IMG/VR virus record: IMGVR_UViG_3300005611_000096
Location: 1-35,432 of that record
Strand: one strand, 5' to 3'
Source: a virus
Lineage: Duplodnaviria; Caudoviricetes
DNA: 35,432 nt
Program-made: the position numbers and the translations under genes
Shown: positions 26,954 to 34,986 of the stretch, in pieces
Position numbering within the stretch: the stretch's first letter is position 1
Layout of the letters: each line of letters opens with the position of its first letter
Notes under the pieces: generated by a model
Seen by the model: the letters and a program-made list of their open reading frames with translations, nothing else
The model's database searches: none
What the model was told of the DNA's origin: nothing

Positions 26954-27742
26954 TTAACTTTTATATTTTAAACATATTTTGTTTATCCATATTAATTGTT
27001 TTTTTGTTACAGGTCTATTTTTACTAATAAGAGAACACATCTCTTTTATAAAATTTGTTTCCCATTCCCCATCCAACGCTTTTGTTTTCAAATTCAAAAC
27101 TATATGCTCTGATTGAGGTGTTATCCTATACTTATCTTTTTTAGTTAAATTAGCTTTTATATATTCGTTATAATCATATTTAACTTCATTGTGATTATAG
27201 AATCCTACTTCTTCAAATTCGTTTTCTATTTTTGATGGAAATATATATTTCATAAATATTTCTGCAGTAAGAGTATTTAATCTGTCAATATAGTTTATTT
27301 TTCTTAATTCTTCAATTATTCTTACTACTTTCTCTTGTACAATATCGTTGTAATGATATGTTTCTTTATTGTTAAATTCAATATATTTTTTTTTGTTTGT
27401 ACTTAAGTCAATATCATAAAACTTTTTTGCTCTAAATTCTTTACCTAAATAAACATTATGTATATAGTTTTCTATTTTTTTAGCATAAGGTATTCTATCT
27501 CTATATAAAACATCTGACACTCCACTATATTGAGCATCAGTCTCTCTCTTCCTTCTTATTTTATTTTTTGTAATTCCTATTTTAATAAAAGATTCGTTTT
27601 TTTTATCTGTATAAACATTAAAATAAATATACTCAAGATTATCTGGTTCACAAAACATATTGTACTGACCATTTCTCCATCTACAATATATTTTTTTATC
27701 TAAAAATATATCTTGTAAATCTATTTTTTCGCTTTTTTCCAT
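26954..27742 (-). CDS. GIY-YIG / T5orf172-like domain protein
   Basis: YIYF...FIKIGITKN..R...IENYIH; very AT-rich. Confidence 0.5.
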   Translation of the reverse strand: MEKSEKIDLQDIFLDKKIYCRWRNGQYNMFCEPDNLEYIYFNVYTDKKNESFIKIGITKNKIRRKRETDAQYSGVSDVLYRDRIPYAKKIENYIHNVYLGKEFRAKKFYDIDLSTNKKKYIEFNNKETYHYNDIVQEKVVRIIEELRKINYIDRLNTLTAEIFMKYIFPSKIENEFEEVGFYNHNEVKYDYNEYIKANLTKKDKYRITPQSEHIVLNLKTKALDGEWETNFIKEMCSLISKNRPVTKKQLIWINKICLKYKS

Positions 27743-27909
27743 ATATCATTTAATTCATCCCATTTAGAATCAAAATCGTCAATTTTATATTCACCATCTT
27801 TTCCTTTTACTAAACGATGACCTGATTTATTATACTGAAAGTTTAAAAAATCTGCATGTTCATCTGAAATTTTGACGTTTCTATTTTTTCTTCTTACCCT
27901 TATCTTCAT
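27721..27909 (-). CDS. Hypothetical protein
   Basis: ORF overlapping both neighbours. Confidence 0.55.
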   Translation of the reverse strand: MKIRVRRKNRNVKISDEHADFLNFQYNKSGHRLVKGKDGEYKIDDFDSKWDELNDIWKKAKK

Positions 27910-28201
27910 TTTGTTTTTTTTCTAATAGTTTCTGCAAGTTAGCTAATGCTCTCCAAGCTACTTTAGCATCATGATATAAACCATCATCGTCTAAAGTTCC
28001 ACAGTCAACTAAATGTCTTGCAAGTGCATCTAATTCATCCTGTGACTTACTTCTATCCCAATGTAGAGGTGTACCTGGATTATGTTGCTCGTTTCCAACA
28101 AAAGAAACTCTGCTAACATATTTAATAGCATCAGGAAAATATTTTATAACACCAGAATATACTGGCATTTCTTTTCTTAATTTATGTTTATTCTTTTTCA
28201 A
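27881..28201 (-). CDS. dATP/dGTP diphosphohydrolase-domain protein (DUF5664-like)
   Basis: P.AI..V.RVS..GN.QH...W..ALARHL..D.DGLYHDAKVAWRALA. Confidence 0.65.
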   Translation of the reverse strand: MKKNKHKLRKEMPVYSGVIKYFPDAIKYVSRVSFVGNEQHNPGTPLHWDRSKSQDELDALARHLVDCGTLDDDGLYHDAKVAWRALANLQKLLEKKQNEDKGKKKK

Positions 28202-28617
28202 AACTTACACTTTTTGCATTTCCAAAACTCTCCTAACTTATTTATTGTATAAACAAAATCTACTGGTTTTTCAAGCTGCTTCCATTTTCCTACTTTATCC
28301 CAGATATAAGTTACTTTACATTTATCCAAAGGTACATCTTTTTTATCATCTTCAAAATCGTGAGACACTTTTAATATAGCGGCATCTTTTCCGAGATTAG
28401 CACACCAAGCATCTGCAATGCGTTCAAGAAGTAATCTTTGACCTGTAGGTATATAAGAATCTTTATACTTAACTTCAATCAATATAAGAAACTTATTATC
28501 AAATTCAAGTACAGCATCAATATCTGATGGGTGCATCTTTCCATTTTGAACACCAGTAAAATCTATTACCTGTCTAACTCTATCGCTATTTTTAATTAAA
28601 CTACTCATACTTATCAA
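28198..28617 (-). CDS. Small PD-(D/E)XK nuclease-like protein
   Basis: PSDID...ILIEVK...GQR motif. Confidence 0.55.
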   Translation of the reverse strand: MISMSSLIKNSDRVRQVIDFTGVQNGKMHPSDIDAVLEFDNKFLILIEVKYKDSYIPTGQRLLLERIADAWCANLGKDAAILKVSHDFEDDKKDVPLDKCKVTYIWDKVGKWKQLEKPVDFVYTINKLGEFWKCKKCKF

Positions 28618-29029
28618 ATAAAGATTTTAACTTATTGAGTTTACCAGCGAAACAACTTCCACAACTTGTTGCTTTTTCTCTTACATTAAAAACTCTATTA
28701 TATATAGCAAGTAATTGATTTTGCTCTACACCTGTTATTCTATTTTTATTAGCTGCGTAAAAATCAGAAAGATAATTATATTCAGGTTCTGTTAAGCAAT
28801 TAGGTTTATTATAAGGAAACATTTTATTTAATGCCTCTTTTCTTTTATCACATCCGCAGTCTTTTCCAAGAGCATCAAATACTCCATCAACTGCTGCTTT
28901 AATTCCTGTAGCTTTAGTTATTTTTTCTACAGTATCACCAACGCCTTCAGATTGCTTTTCATATTTAGCAACCCATTCTTTATAACGTTTGGTTCTTTTG
29001 TCATTAGGTTTGGGTGGTATTTTATTCAT
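28601..29029 (-). CDS. Cys-motif (CGC / CxxC) probable Zn-binding protein
   Basis: GVGDTVEKITKATGIK..DCGCDKRK..TSCGSC. Confidence 0.7.
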   Translation of the reverse strand: MNKIPPKPNDKRTKRYKEWVAKYEKQSEGVGDTVEKITKATGIKAAVDGVFDALGKDCGCDKRKEALNKMFPYNKPNCLTEPEYNYLSDFYAANKNRITGVEQNQLLAIYNRVFNVREKATSCGSCFAGKLNKLKSLFDKYE

Positions 29030-29594
29030 CGTTTTTATTTATTAAGTGAAAATCTCCGTTTATATAATCCTCAAAGTCTTCACCAAACTTTGATTTGATT
29101 ATGTCTTTATAATTCTTACAACTATTAAAAATAGATGTAACACTAATATTTGTATCTTTAGCTAATTTACGCATACTAATATCAGTCTCATAGTAAATCT
29201 TAAATAGTTTTCTATCGTACCAATGCTCCCAGCTCTCTACTTCTACTTGTATTTTATTTAATATTTTATCTTCTGCATTTTCTTTTGCATAATTATAATT
29301 AGTTTCATCACTACCATCTACAACCTCAAAATTAACCTCATAATCATCTATTCTAATTATCTTATGTTTTCCTTTTGCTTTAGAATAATCAGTCCATAAA
29401 TTCTTTAAAGTAATATATATGTAAAACTTATTGATTTCTTTTTCATTATACATAATTTTCTCTGGTTCCTTTATGTATTTGTTTAATCGAAGGTACATCT
29501 CGTGTACGAAATCCTCAACAAGATGTTTTGGTATTCCAATAGATAATCCCATTGCAATCCAAGTACTGTGGTTTTTTGACAATAAATCAAGCAT
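29022..29594 (-). CDS. ECF-like RNA polymerase sigma factor (probable late sigma)
   Basis: EDFVHEMYLRL and YIYITLKNLWTD (region 2-like); SMRKLAKDTNISVTSI HTH (region 4-like). Confidence 0.7.
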   Translation of the reverse strand: MLDLLSKNHSTWIAMGLSIGIPKHLVEDFVHEMYLRLNKYIKEPEKIMYNEKEINKFYIYITLKNLWTDYSKAKGKHKIIRIDDYEVNFEVVDGSDETNYNYAKENAEDKILNKIQVEVESWEHWYDRKLFKIYYETDISMRKLAKDTNISVTSIFNSCKNYKDIIKSKFGEDFEDYINGDFHLINKNDE

Positions 29595-29739
29595 CTTTAA
29601 ACATAAATATATTAATCCAAACTATACCTAAACTAATACGCAATAAGTCTGCAGTAACATCAAATTCAGGAATCTCTATGTCTTCCACATAATCTATTCC
29701 TAAAACAAATCCTTTTATAAATTCTAATTGTATATTCAT
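29587..29739 (-). CDS. 50-aa hydrophobic micro-ORF (not in ORF track)
   Basis: MNIQLEFIKGFVLGIDYVEDIEIPEFDVTADLLRISLGIVWINIFMFKDA; ATGA coupling. Confidence 0.65.
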   Translation of the reverse strand: MNIQLEFIKGFVLGIDYVEDIEIPEFDVTADLLRISLGIVWINIFMFKDA

Positions 29740-30149
29740 TCGTATTCAAATTGTACTCTTATTTTATCTTCTGGACCATAATATTTAGCCATATTGTTTA
29801 TTTCTACTATATTTTGGTCTTGCTCGTAAATAAGCCCTTCTAACGCATCAAAAAAAGCTTTATTGAGATTATCTTGTAAATCTGGTTTTGTGACTTTAGG
29901 GGCCTTTAAAATGCGTCTCTTCTTGGCCATACTCTTTGGGTACGCATATACATATTCAATGTAGTTTACCTTGATAGGACAACCTGCAGGTATTATGTTG
30001 AAATCTTTAGGCAATTTATTTTCTATTAAAGTTCGTACATATTTTTGATAATCCAAAACTTTTTTAGGTTTATATTTTATTCCACCCCTTCCAAATCTTA
30101 CAGATTGATGAGCCAGTGGACGTAGGTTAAGTTCAAAAGATAGTATCAT
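29736..30149 (-). CDS. rusA: RusA-like Holliday junction resolvase
   Basis: KPDLQDNLNKAFFDALEG..QDQNIV catalytic motif. Confidence 0.85.
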   Translation of the reverse strand: MILSFELNLRPLAHQSVRFGRGGIKYKPKKVLDYQKYVRTLIENKLPKDFNIIPAGCPIKVNYIEYVYAYPKSMAKKRRILKAPKVTKPDLQDNLNKAFFDALEGLIYEQDQNIVEINNMAKYYGPEDKIRVQFEYE

Positions 30150-30982
30150 ATATTTAAAAAAGGTTCTTTGTTTATTGATTGAGGAATAGAATTTTGTATA
30201 TAAGGTAGACCATCTGACTCTATTCTAAAAGCAAAGTCTTCAAAAGGATAACCTCTTGCCCTTCTACATTTAACAACTGCTAAATCTCTGTCATCAGGAG
30301 ATAATTGCAGGCTAATTTGTGTTTCAGTTTTCTTTTCCATAAACGACCCTAAATGTCCAGTTGCTTTATCACTATTAAAGTTAGAATGTATTACAGTAAT
30401 AATGTGTATGTTTAAGTCTTGCGTCCATCTCATTAAATGTTGTATTAATTTATTAGATTGAACTAAATCATTACTGTCTAATATTAAATCAGCAATACCA
30501 TCTATTATAACAAGTCCTGGATTTTCTACATTATATAAATGCCAGTTAATAAAGTCTAATCTTTCAAAAGCAGAATATTCTCTTAAGGCATAAGTATAAT
30601 AATCGCTTGTATCGTCACACATTCTAACTACTCTGTTGAATGTTCTTTGAGCATGGAATCTTCCTTGCTCTGTATCATAATGTATAAGTTTTCTATTTTT
30701 TCTACTACCTGTCAAATCTTTAGTGTATTTTTTATTACACGATAAATAAGCAGCCGAAAGCAGTGAAACAAGAAATGTTTTTTTACTTTTTGGAGCAGCA
30801 GATATGAAGCTAAAATTACCATAAGTTCCTAATGGAAGTGGTATTGGATTAATACCTCCTGTTGTTCCTTTTGATAAAGCAATGGGAGGATATTCAATTT
30901 TTTCTTCAGGGTCCACATAACTTTGCTGTAATATCTTTTTGAATCTTTCATTATAGTCCAATTGAGTTTGGCTCATTTTCAT
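30146..30982 (-). CDS. RecA-fold ATPase / helicase (AAA_25-like)
   Basis: Variant Walker A AAPKSKKT, DTEQG, Walker B VIIDG, VIH, GHLGS. Confidence 0.8.
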   Translation of the reverse strand: MKMSQTQLDYNERFKKILQQSYVDPEEKIEYPPIALSKGTTGGINPIPLPLGTYGNFSFISAAPKSKKTFLVSLLSAAYLSCNKKYTKDLTGSRKNRKLIHYDTEQGRFHAQRTFNRVVRMCDDTSDYYTYALREYSAFERLDFINWHLYNVENPGLVIIDGIADLILDSNDLVQSNKLIQHLMRWTQDLNIHIITVIHSNFNSDKATGHLGSFMEKKTETQISLQLSPDDRDLAVVKCRRARGYPFEDFAFRIESDGLPYIQNSIPQSINKEPFLNI

Positions 30983-31271
30983 CTTTAAGTTTATATTTCA
31001 ATAATTGTCTAACAAGTGCTTTCATACTCTTTGCTATCTCACCAGGCTTTTTCATCTTATTTTTATGAGCCACATCGTGAGCGAAAACACTAACATCTAA
31101 TCTGTCGTAATAAAAGTCAGCATCAGTTTCAAGAATGTCGTTAATCTTATTAAGCATTTGAAACTCTACAAATAAAGAACTCAATTCTTCGAAATTGTCT
31201 TGGTTATTTTCAAATACTGTGTAAACAAACCAAGCACACATTCTCTCTAAATATTCGTATTCTCTATTCAT
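30951..31271 (-). CDS. Hypothetical protein
   Basis: ORF in the replication operon. Confidence 0.6.
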   Translation of the reverse strand: MNREYEYLERMCAWFVYTVFENNQDNFEELSSLFVEFQMLNKINDILETDADFYYDRLDVSVFAHDVAHKNKMKKPGEIAKSMKALVRQLLKYKLKDENEPNSIGL

Positions 31272-31274
31272 ATT

Positions 31275-31297
31275 AAAAAAGGGAGCCGAAGCTCCCT
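31275..31297 (-). terminator. Rho-independent terminator with UUCG tetraloop
   Basis: GGGAGC-TTCG-GCTCCC plus T run. Confidence 0.85.
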
Positions 31298-31304
31298 GTT
31301 ACAT

Positions 31305-31568
31305 TTAAAATGGTAAGTCAGCGTCAGTTGATGCAGAAGCAGTTTCTTTTTCTACTTTTTCTGCTACTGATACACTACCGTCAGTCCAAAAGACTTTGCC
31401 GTTACCAACATACTTTCTTGGTTCACCAGCTTCTCTTTGCTCTTTTGTCTGTTCTTCGAACATAGAAATATTTTGTCCATATTCGTTCGTTTTATCACTA
31501 ATAGATAATGTATAGTTTTTATATACACCATCATTTGTTTTTATACTAATTGTACCTAATGCACTCAT
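31305..31568 (-). CDS. Single-stranded DNA-binding-like protein
   Basis: C-terminal DADLPF tail; YGQN..QTKEQRE..YVGNGK; next to ERF. Confidence 0.7.
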   Translation of the reverse strand: MSALGTISIKTNDGVYKNYTLSISDKTNEYGQNISMFEEQTKEQREAGEPRKYVGNGKVFWTDGSVSVAEKVEKETASASTDADLPF

Positions 31569-31573
31569 ATAAA

Positions 31574-32128
31574 TTAATTTGTGGCAAGTAATGCCTGTTC
31601 AACTTCTTTTGACATTGCGTATTTTTTCATAATGTCATCTATACTTCCACCATCTTTAACATACTTTGCAGCCTTAACAAAATTCTGCGAATTAGCAGTT
31701 AAAGTTGGTTTCTTAATTACTTCTGATGTATCATGTGTGTTTGTAGCATCAGAGTCTTTGGTATCATCTAATAAGAATAAATTACCAATTGCATATTTCT
31801 TTGCATAAGAAGATGCAGCTCCTGTTCTTTGAGGATGTTGCATACCTTTTGCATTAAAATCTATTATAGCTTGTGCAGATGATTCTATCTGCATGTTAGG
31901 TTCCTCACAATCAATTAACTTTGCAGTTGCTTCAATATATGGAAACTCTCCTACGACTTTTAACTCGTCGTGCATCTTTAAAATACATTTGTATTTCATT
32001 AGATGTGGTTTAAGTGCTTCAAGACAATCTTCAGCACTTCTATACTTATAGCCACCAAATTTATTCATTTGATTCTTTGGTGCTTTAAGTTCCGTTGTAA
32101 TTTTAAGTAATTTCTCTGTAATATTCAT
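31574..32128 (-). CDS. ERF-family single-strand annealing protein
   Basis: APKNQMNKFGGYKYRSAED, Q.TGAASSYAKKYA..LF..D..KDSD. Confidence 0.9.
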   Translation of the reverse strand: MNITEKLLKITTELKAPKNQMNKFGGYKYRSAEDCLEALKPHLMKYKCILKMHDELKVVGEFPYIEATAKLIDCEEPNMQIESSAQAIIDFNAKGMQHPQRTGAASSYAKKYAIGNLFLLDDTKDSDATNTHDTSEVIKKPTLTANSQNFVKAAKYVKDGGSIDDIMKKYAMSKEVEQALLATN

Positions 32129-32142
32129 AATTAAAGTTTGTG

Positions 32143-32150
32143 TAAAGATA
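32143..32150 (-). promoter_or_regulatory. Bacteroidota-type -7 box (TATCTTTA) for the recombination operon
   Basis: Close to the TAnnTTTG consensus, 14 nt upstream of the ATG. Confidence 0.45.
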
Positions 32151-32161
32151 TATAAAAAAAT

Positions 32162-32521
32162 TTAATATAACCAAATAGCAGGTTTTTTTTGGTCATCATT
32201 ATCTACATGAATAAATGTATTTGCAATGCCAAACCTTCTAAAACCAACCATTGATAGTGCTTCAATAATTTTTAATCTTTTTCCTGTATCAGTACAATGT
32301 ATATCTGCAGCTCTGCCAATTAAATGTGAACTTGCAGTTCCACCTCCAACTTTTCTATTATGCTGTGGTGTTCTATAACCAGAGTTAATTTTAAATTGTA
32401 CACCAGCTATATCTCTGGCTTCGTCTAAACAATCTAAAAATTCTCTGTCCATAAACTTCTCCCCACTACCTGGATAATCAGGAGAGTCAAATTCATCGAA
32501 TGTAAAATATCTTAATTCCAT
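32162..32521 (-). CDS. Endolysin, peptidase M15 family
   Basis: SGYRT, SSH..GRAADI, FIHVD Zn-peptidase motifs. Confidence 0.9.
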   Translation of the reverse strand: MELRYFTFDEFDSPDYPGSGEKFMDREFLDCLDEARDIAGVQFKINSGYRTPQHNRKVGGGTASSHLIGRAADIHCTDTGKRLKIIEALSMVGFRRFGIANTFIHVDNDDQKKPAIWLY

Positions 32522-32544
32522 GTTGTAAATTTATAAAATATTTA

Positions 32545-32694
32545 TATATTTGCAAAACGTAGCTGTAAATCTACGCTAAAAATTACTAAACTTCAATAGG
32601 AATATTGTTGGAACAGATAAATAGAATTTTGTTTTTTCTTGAGGGGGACTTTTTTCTTTTCTTTCTTTTTGTCCTTTTTCTTTCTTTTCTTTTT
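32545..32694 (+). other. Structured non-coding element: plus-strand -7 box, two hairpins, long pyrimidine tract
   Basis: Perfect TATATTTG at 32545..32552; CGTAG/CTACG hairpin; GGGGGAC then about 45 nt of almost pure T/C. Confidence 0.4.
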
Positions 32695-32697
32695 AAA

Positions 32698-32814
32698 CTA
32701 CCATAGTTTACTTTCAACTACAAAAGTTAAAACTATCATCCATATAGCAATTATCCAAAGAGCTGAAGCAATTAGAATAAGATATAATTTATTACTTTTT
32801 CTTTCCTTGTCCAC
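32698..32814 (-). CDS. 38-aa single-pass membrane peptide (GTG start; not in ORF track)
   Basis: MDKERKSNKLYLILIASALWIIAIWMIVLTFVVESKLW. Confidence 0.5.
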   Translation of the reverse strand: MDKERKSNKLYLILIASALWIIAIWMIVLTFVVESKLW

Positions 32815-32926
32815 GATATTTCTTTTTATAACCAGGTTGACCTTTAGAAGCGTTTTTAGAATGTACTCCAGGTCTTTTTTTCTTTTTAGGAGGAATATAT
32901 ATAACTACTTTGGCTTTTTTAGGCAT
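32792..32926 (-). CDS. 44-aa very basic peptide with YRGQG motif (not in ORF track)
   Basis: MPKKAKVVIYIPPKKKKRPGVHSKNASKGQPGYKKKYRGQGKKK. Confidence 0.7.
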   Translation of the reverse strand: MPKKAKVVIYIPPKKKKRPGVHSKNASKGQPGYKKKYRGQGKKK

Positions 32927-33005
32927 TGTTTAAGTGTGAACCGTCACAGTAACCATTTGGGTCATTAGTGTTTCCACAGCCACATTTAGGTTTATCTGTT
33001 ATCAT
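32919..33005 (-). CDS. 28-aa CDGSH iron-sulfur-motif microprotein (not in ORF track)
   Basis: MITDKPKCGCGNTNDPNGYCDGSHLNNA; ATGA coupling to the holin stop. Confidence 0.75.
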   Translation of the reverse strand: MITDKPKCGCGNTNDPNGYCDGSHLNNA

Positions 33006-33376
33006 TTTGCTTTATCTTTAAATTTCTCAAATGTTCTCATACCACCAAGCCCTAACATACCAATTAATACTGTCATTAAATGTTCCATCTGTAGAGCTGG
33101 AGGAACTTGTTCTGGTGATAAAAACCATACAAGTAAATCTCTTAATATAAAGTTATAGGCTAATGCTACACCACAAACCCATCCAATAAAAGGTCTCCAA
33201 CCAGCAACAAATATCGTTCTATGTTGAGCTTCTATTTTATTAATCTCTGCTTGTAATTCAATTAGCTTTTGTGGGTCTATTTCTTTTCCTTTAAGCAGTT
33301 CTCTAATTTCTAACCCTAAACCACTAACGTTATCTTTTTTAGATATACCCAGTATGTTTAATAATGCTTTTAACAT
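33002..33376 (-). CDS. Holin (GTA-type 3TM family-like)
   Basis: FVAGWRPFIGWVCG..MLGLGGMRTFEK signature. Confidence 0.8.
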   Translation of the reverse strand: MLKALLNILGISKKDNVSGLGLEIRELLKGKEIDPQKLIELQAEINKIEAQHRTIFVAGWRPFIGWVCGVALAYNFILRDLLVWFLSPEQVPPALQMEHLMTVLIGMLGLGGMRTFEKFKDKAK

Positions 33377-33486
33377 TATAGTCCTTGCTTAAATAATAAC
33401 TTCTTAATGATGTTATTCCAACTGGTCTTAAACCAATTGTTAAAGTTTCTAAATTGCTGTGCTAACCACTCGAATAATTTTACCAT
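33376..33486 (-). CDS. 36-aa cationic amphipathic peptide (not in ORF track)
   Basis: MVKLFEWLAQQFRNFNNWFKTSWNNIIKKLLFKQGL; TAATG coupling to the holin. Confidence 0.7.
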   Translation of the reverse strand: MVKLFEWLAQQFRNFNNWFKTSWNNIIKKLLFKQGL

Positions 33487-33490
33487 AATT

Positions 33491-33766
33491 CTAATTATTT
33501 AATATAAATCTTAATTCTGTTTGAAACTCTCTTTGGTCTATCTTTAATTGTTCTATTTCATCTTCTACTGCTCTTGTATTAGGAAAACAATATTCTTGTT
33601 GGTTATGTGATGTTTTTCTTGCAAGAGTTGCTACTTCTTCTATTTTAGCATTTAAATTGTAATATGAACCAGCTATTGAAACAACAAGAGAAACAAGCAT
33701 TACTACTTGTCCTATGTTGATTGAGAAATCTGCTTTACCATCTCCGTTAATATCAATCTTTGCCAT
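33491..33766 (-). CDS. Single-TM coiled-coil protein (lysis-associated candidate)
   Basis: TM segment VVMLVSLVVSIAGSYY followed by heptad-rich C-terminus. Confidence 0.65.
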   Translation of the reverse strand: MAKIDINGDGKADFSINIGQVVMLVSLVVSIAGSYYNLNAKIEEVATLARKTSHNQQEYCFPNTRAVEDEIEQLKIDQREFQTELRFILNN

Positions 33767-33902
33767 TTATTAGTTGATATATTTTAATGATTGTATAAAC
33801 CAACGTTGCTATAATTAGGAGTCCTTGTAGAGCTTCATTTATTTTTGCTATTGTTATTATATACACACTAATTCCTAATACTGTTGGTTCAAATCCATTC
33901 AT
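33753..33902 (-). CDS. 49-aa two-TM holin-like protein (not in ORF track); its 5-prime end also appears at 1..51
   Basis: MNGFEPTVLGISVYIITIAKINEALQGLLIIATLVYTIIKIYQLINGKD. Confidence 0.7.
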   Translation of the reverse strand: MNGFEPTVLGISVYIITIAKINEALQGLLIIATLVYTIIKIYQLINGKD

Positions 33903-33927
33903 TTTATTATTTTTTAATCATTAATCA

Positions 33928-34986
33928 TTAGTTTATTTTAAATGCCATATATATATAAGTTGTACCATTCACATTTAAGTCAGTTGTTGATGTATTCATA
34001 GAAAATCCGTTTGAATCTAAATTAACATTATAACTTGTTGCCCCATTTTCTTTATTACTTGAACTAGGAAGTATGTATGGTCTTGCATTAGCAGTACCTG
34101 CATTATCTCCTACTGATACACTTCTAACGCTATCATAAATAAACCAAGAACCACTACCTGTGCTTTTTATCATAACAAAATCTGGTTGAAAACCTAAACC
34201 TGTAATTGAATTAGAACCCCCATTTCCTGAATAACTTCCAATCTTGCTATATCCAGCTACTGAATGGAAACAGTAGGCTATGTAATTATCACCAGATTTA
34301 TTTGTATTATTACTTGTTGAAGAACCAGCAGTACAAGTTATTGTTGTAGCACTTATACCATCTCTAACTATTGAACCATCTCCACCTAATGCTGTAACTT
34401 CTCCACCTGTTGAATTAAGTATTAAATATCCATTTGCATTTGCTAAATCTTTATGTACAACTCTCCAGTTATCTATAACATCTAATGTTTTAAATATTAC
34501 AAATTCTGGTGCTGCTGAAAGTCCGTGACCAAATGTTGCATTATTTACACCTGTCCCTGTATATTTAACGATTGAGAACCCTGCATCTTGATTTGCTTGT
34601 ACTGTACTTGTAATACTTCCATCAGTATTGCTGCTTGTAACCCCTCCATTTGCTTTCCAACACCAAGCTACATAGTCAGCTCCGTTATTATTAAACCCTG
34701 CACTATTACCAACAGTAAACCCACCTGAATCAAAAGATGTTATTCTATTAGTACCAGTTGTTTCAGCAATTGTATCATTAGTAATTATAACTTTTCCAGT
34801 TCCTCTTGTACTATCAGTAACATAATGTGAATAATTTACATCACCTCTATCTTTCACCCAAACAAAATCTGGTTGGAAGCCTACTCCTGTTATTGATTGT
34901 GTGCTACCATTACCTGTATAAGTTACTACATTAAAATCACCTTCTGCAGCAGCTTCAGTTTCTATAATTTTTTTATTTACACTCAT
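33928..34986 (-). CDS. Tail fibre / receptor-binding-like virion protein, allele B (352 aa)
   Basis: Same termini as 53..1075 (MSVNKKIIETEA...YMAFKIN), divergent interior. Confidence 0.75.
   Translation of the reverse strand: MSVNKKIIETEAAAEGDFNVVTYTGNGSTQSITGVGFQPDFVWVKDRGDVNYSHYVTDSTRGTGKVIITNDTIAETTGTNRITSFDSGGFTVGNSAGFNNNGADYVAWCWKANGGVTSSNTDGSITSTVQANQDAGFSIVKYTGTGVNNATFGHGLSAAPEFVIFKTLDVIDNWRVVHKDLANANGYLILNSTGGEVTALGGDGSIVRDGISATTITCTAGSSTSNNTNKSGDNYIAYCFHSVAGYSKIGSYSGNGGSNSITGLGFQPDFVMIKSTGSGSWFIYDSVRSVSVGDNAGTANARPYILPSSSNKENGATSYNVNLDSNGFSMNTSTTDLNVNGTTYIYMAFKIN

Noticed and set aside
20641-32759. DnaA-box cluster
   Set aside because: Only isolated one-mismatch TTATCCAAA sites (20641, 28322, 32751), expected by chance in AT-rich DNA
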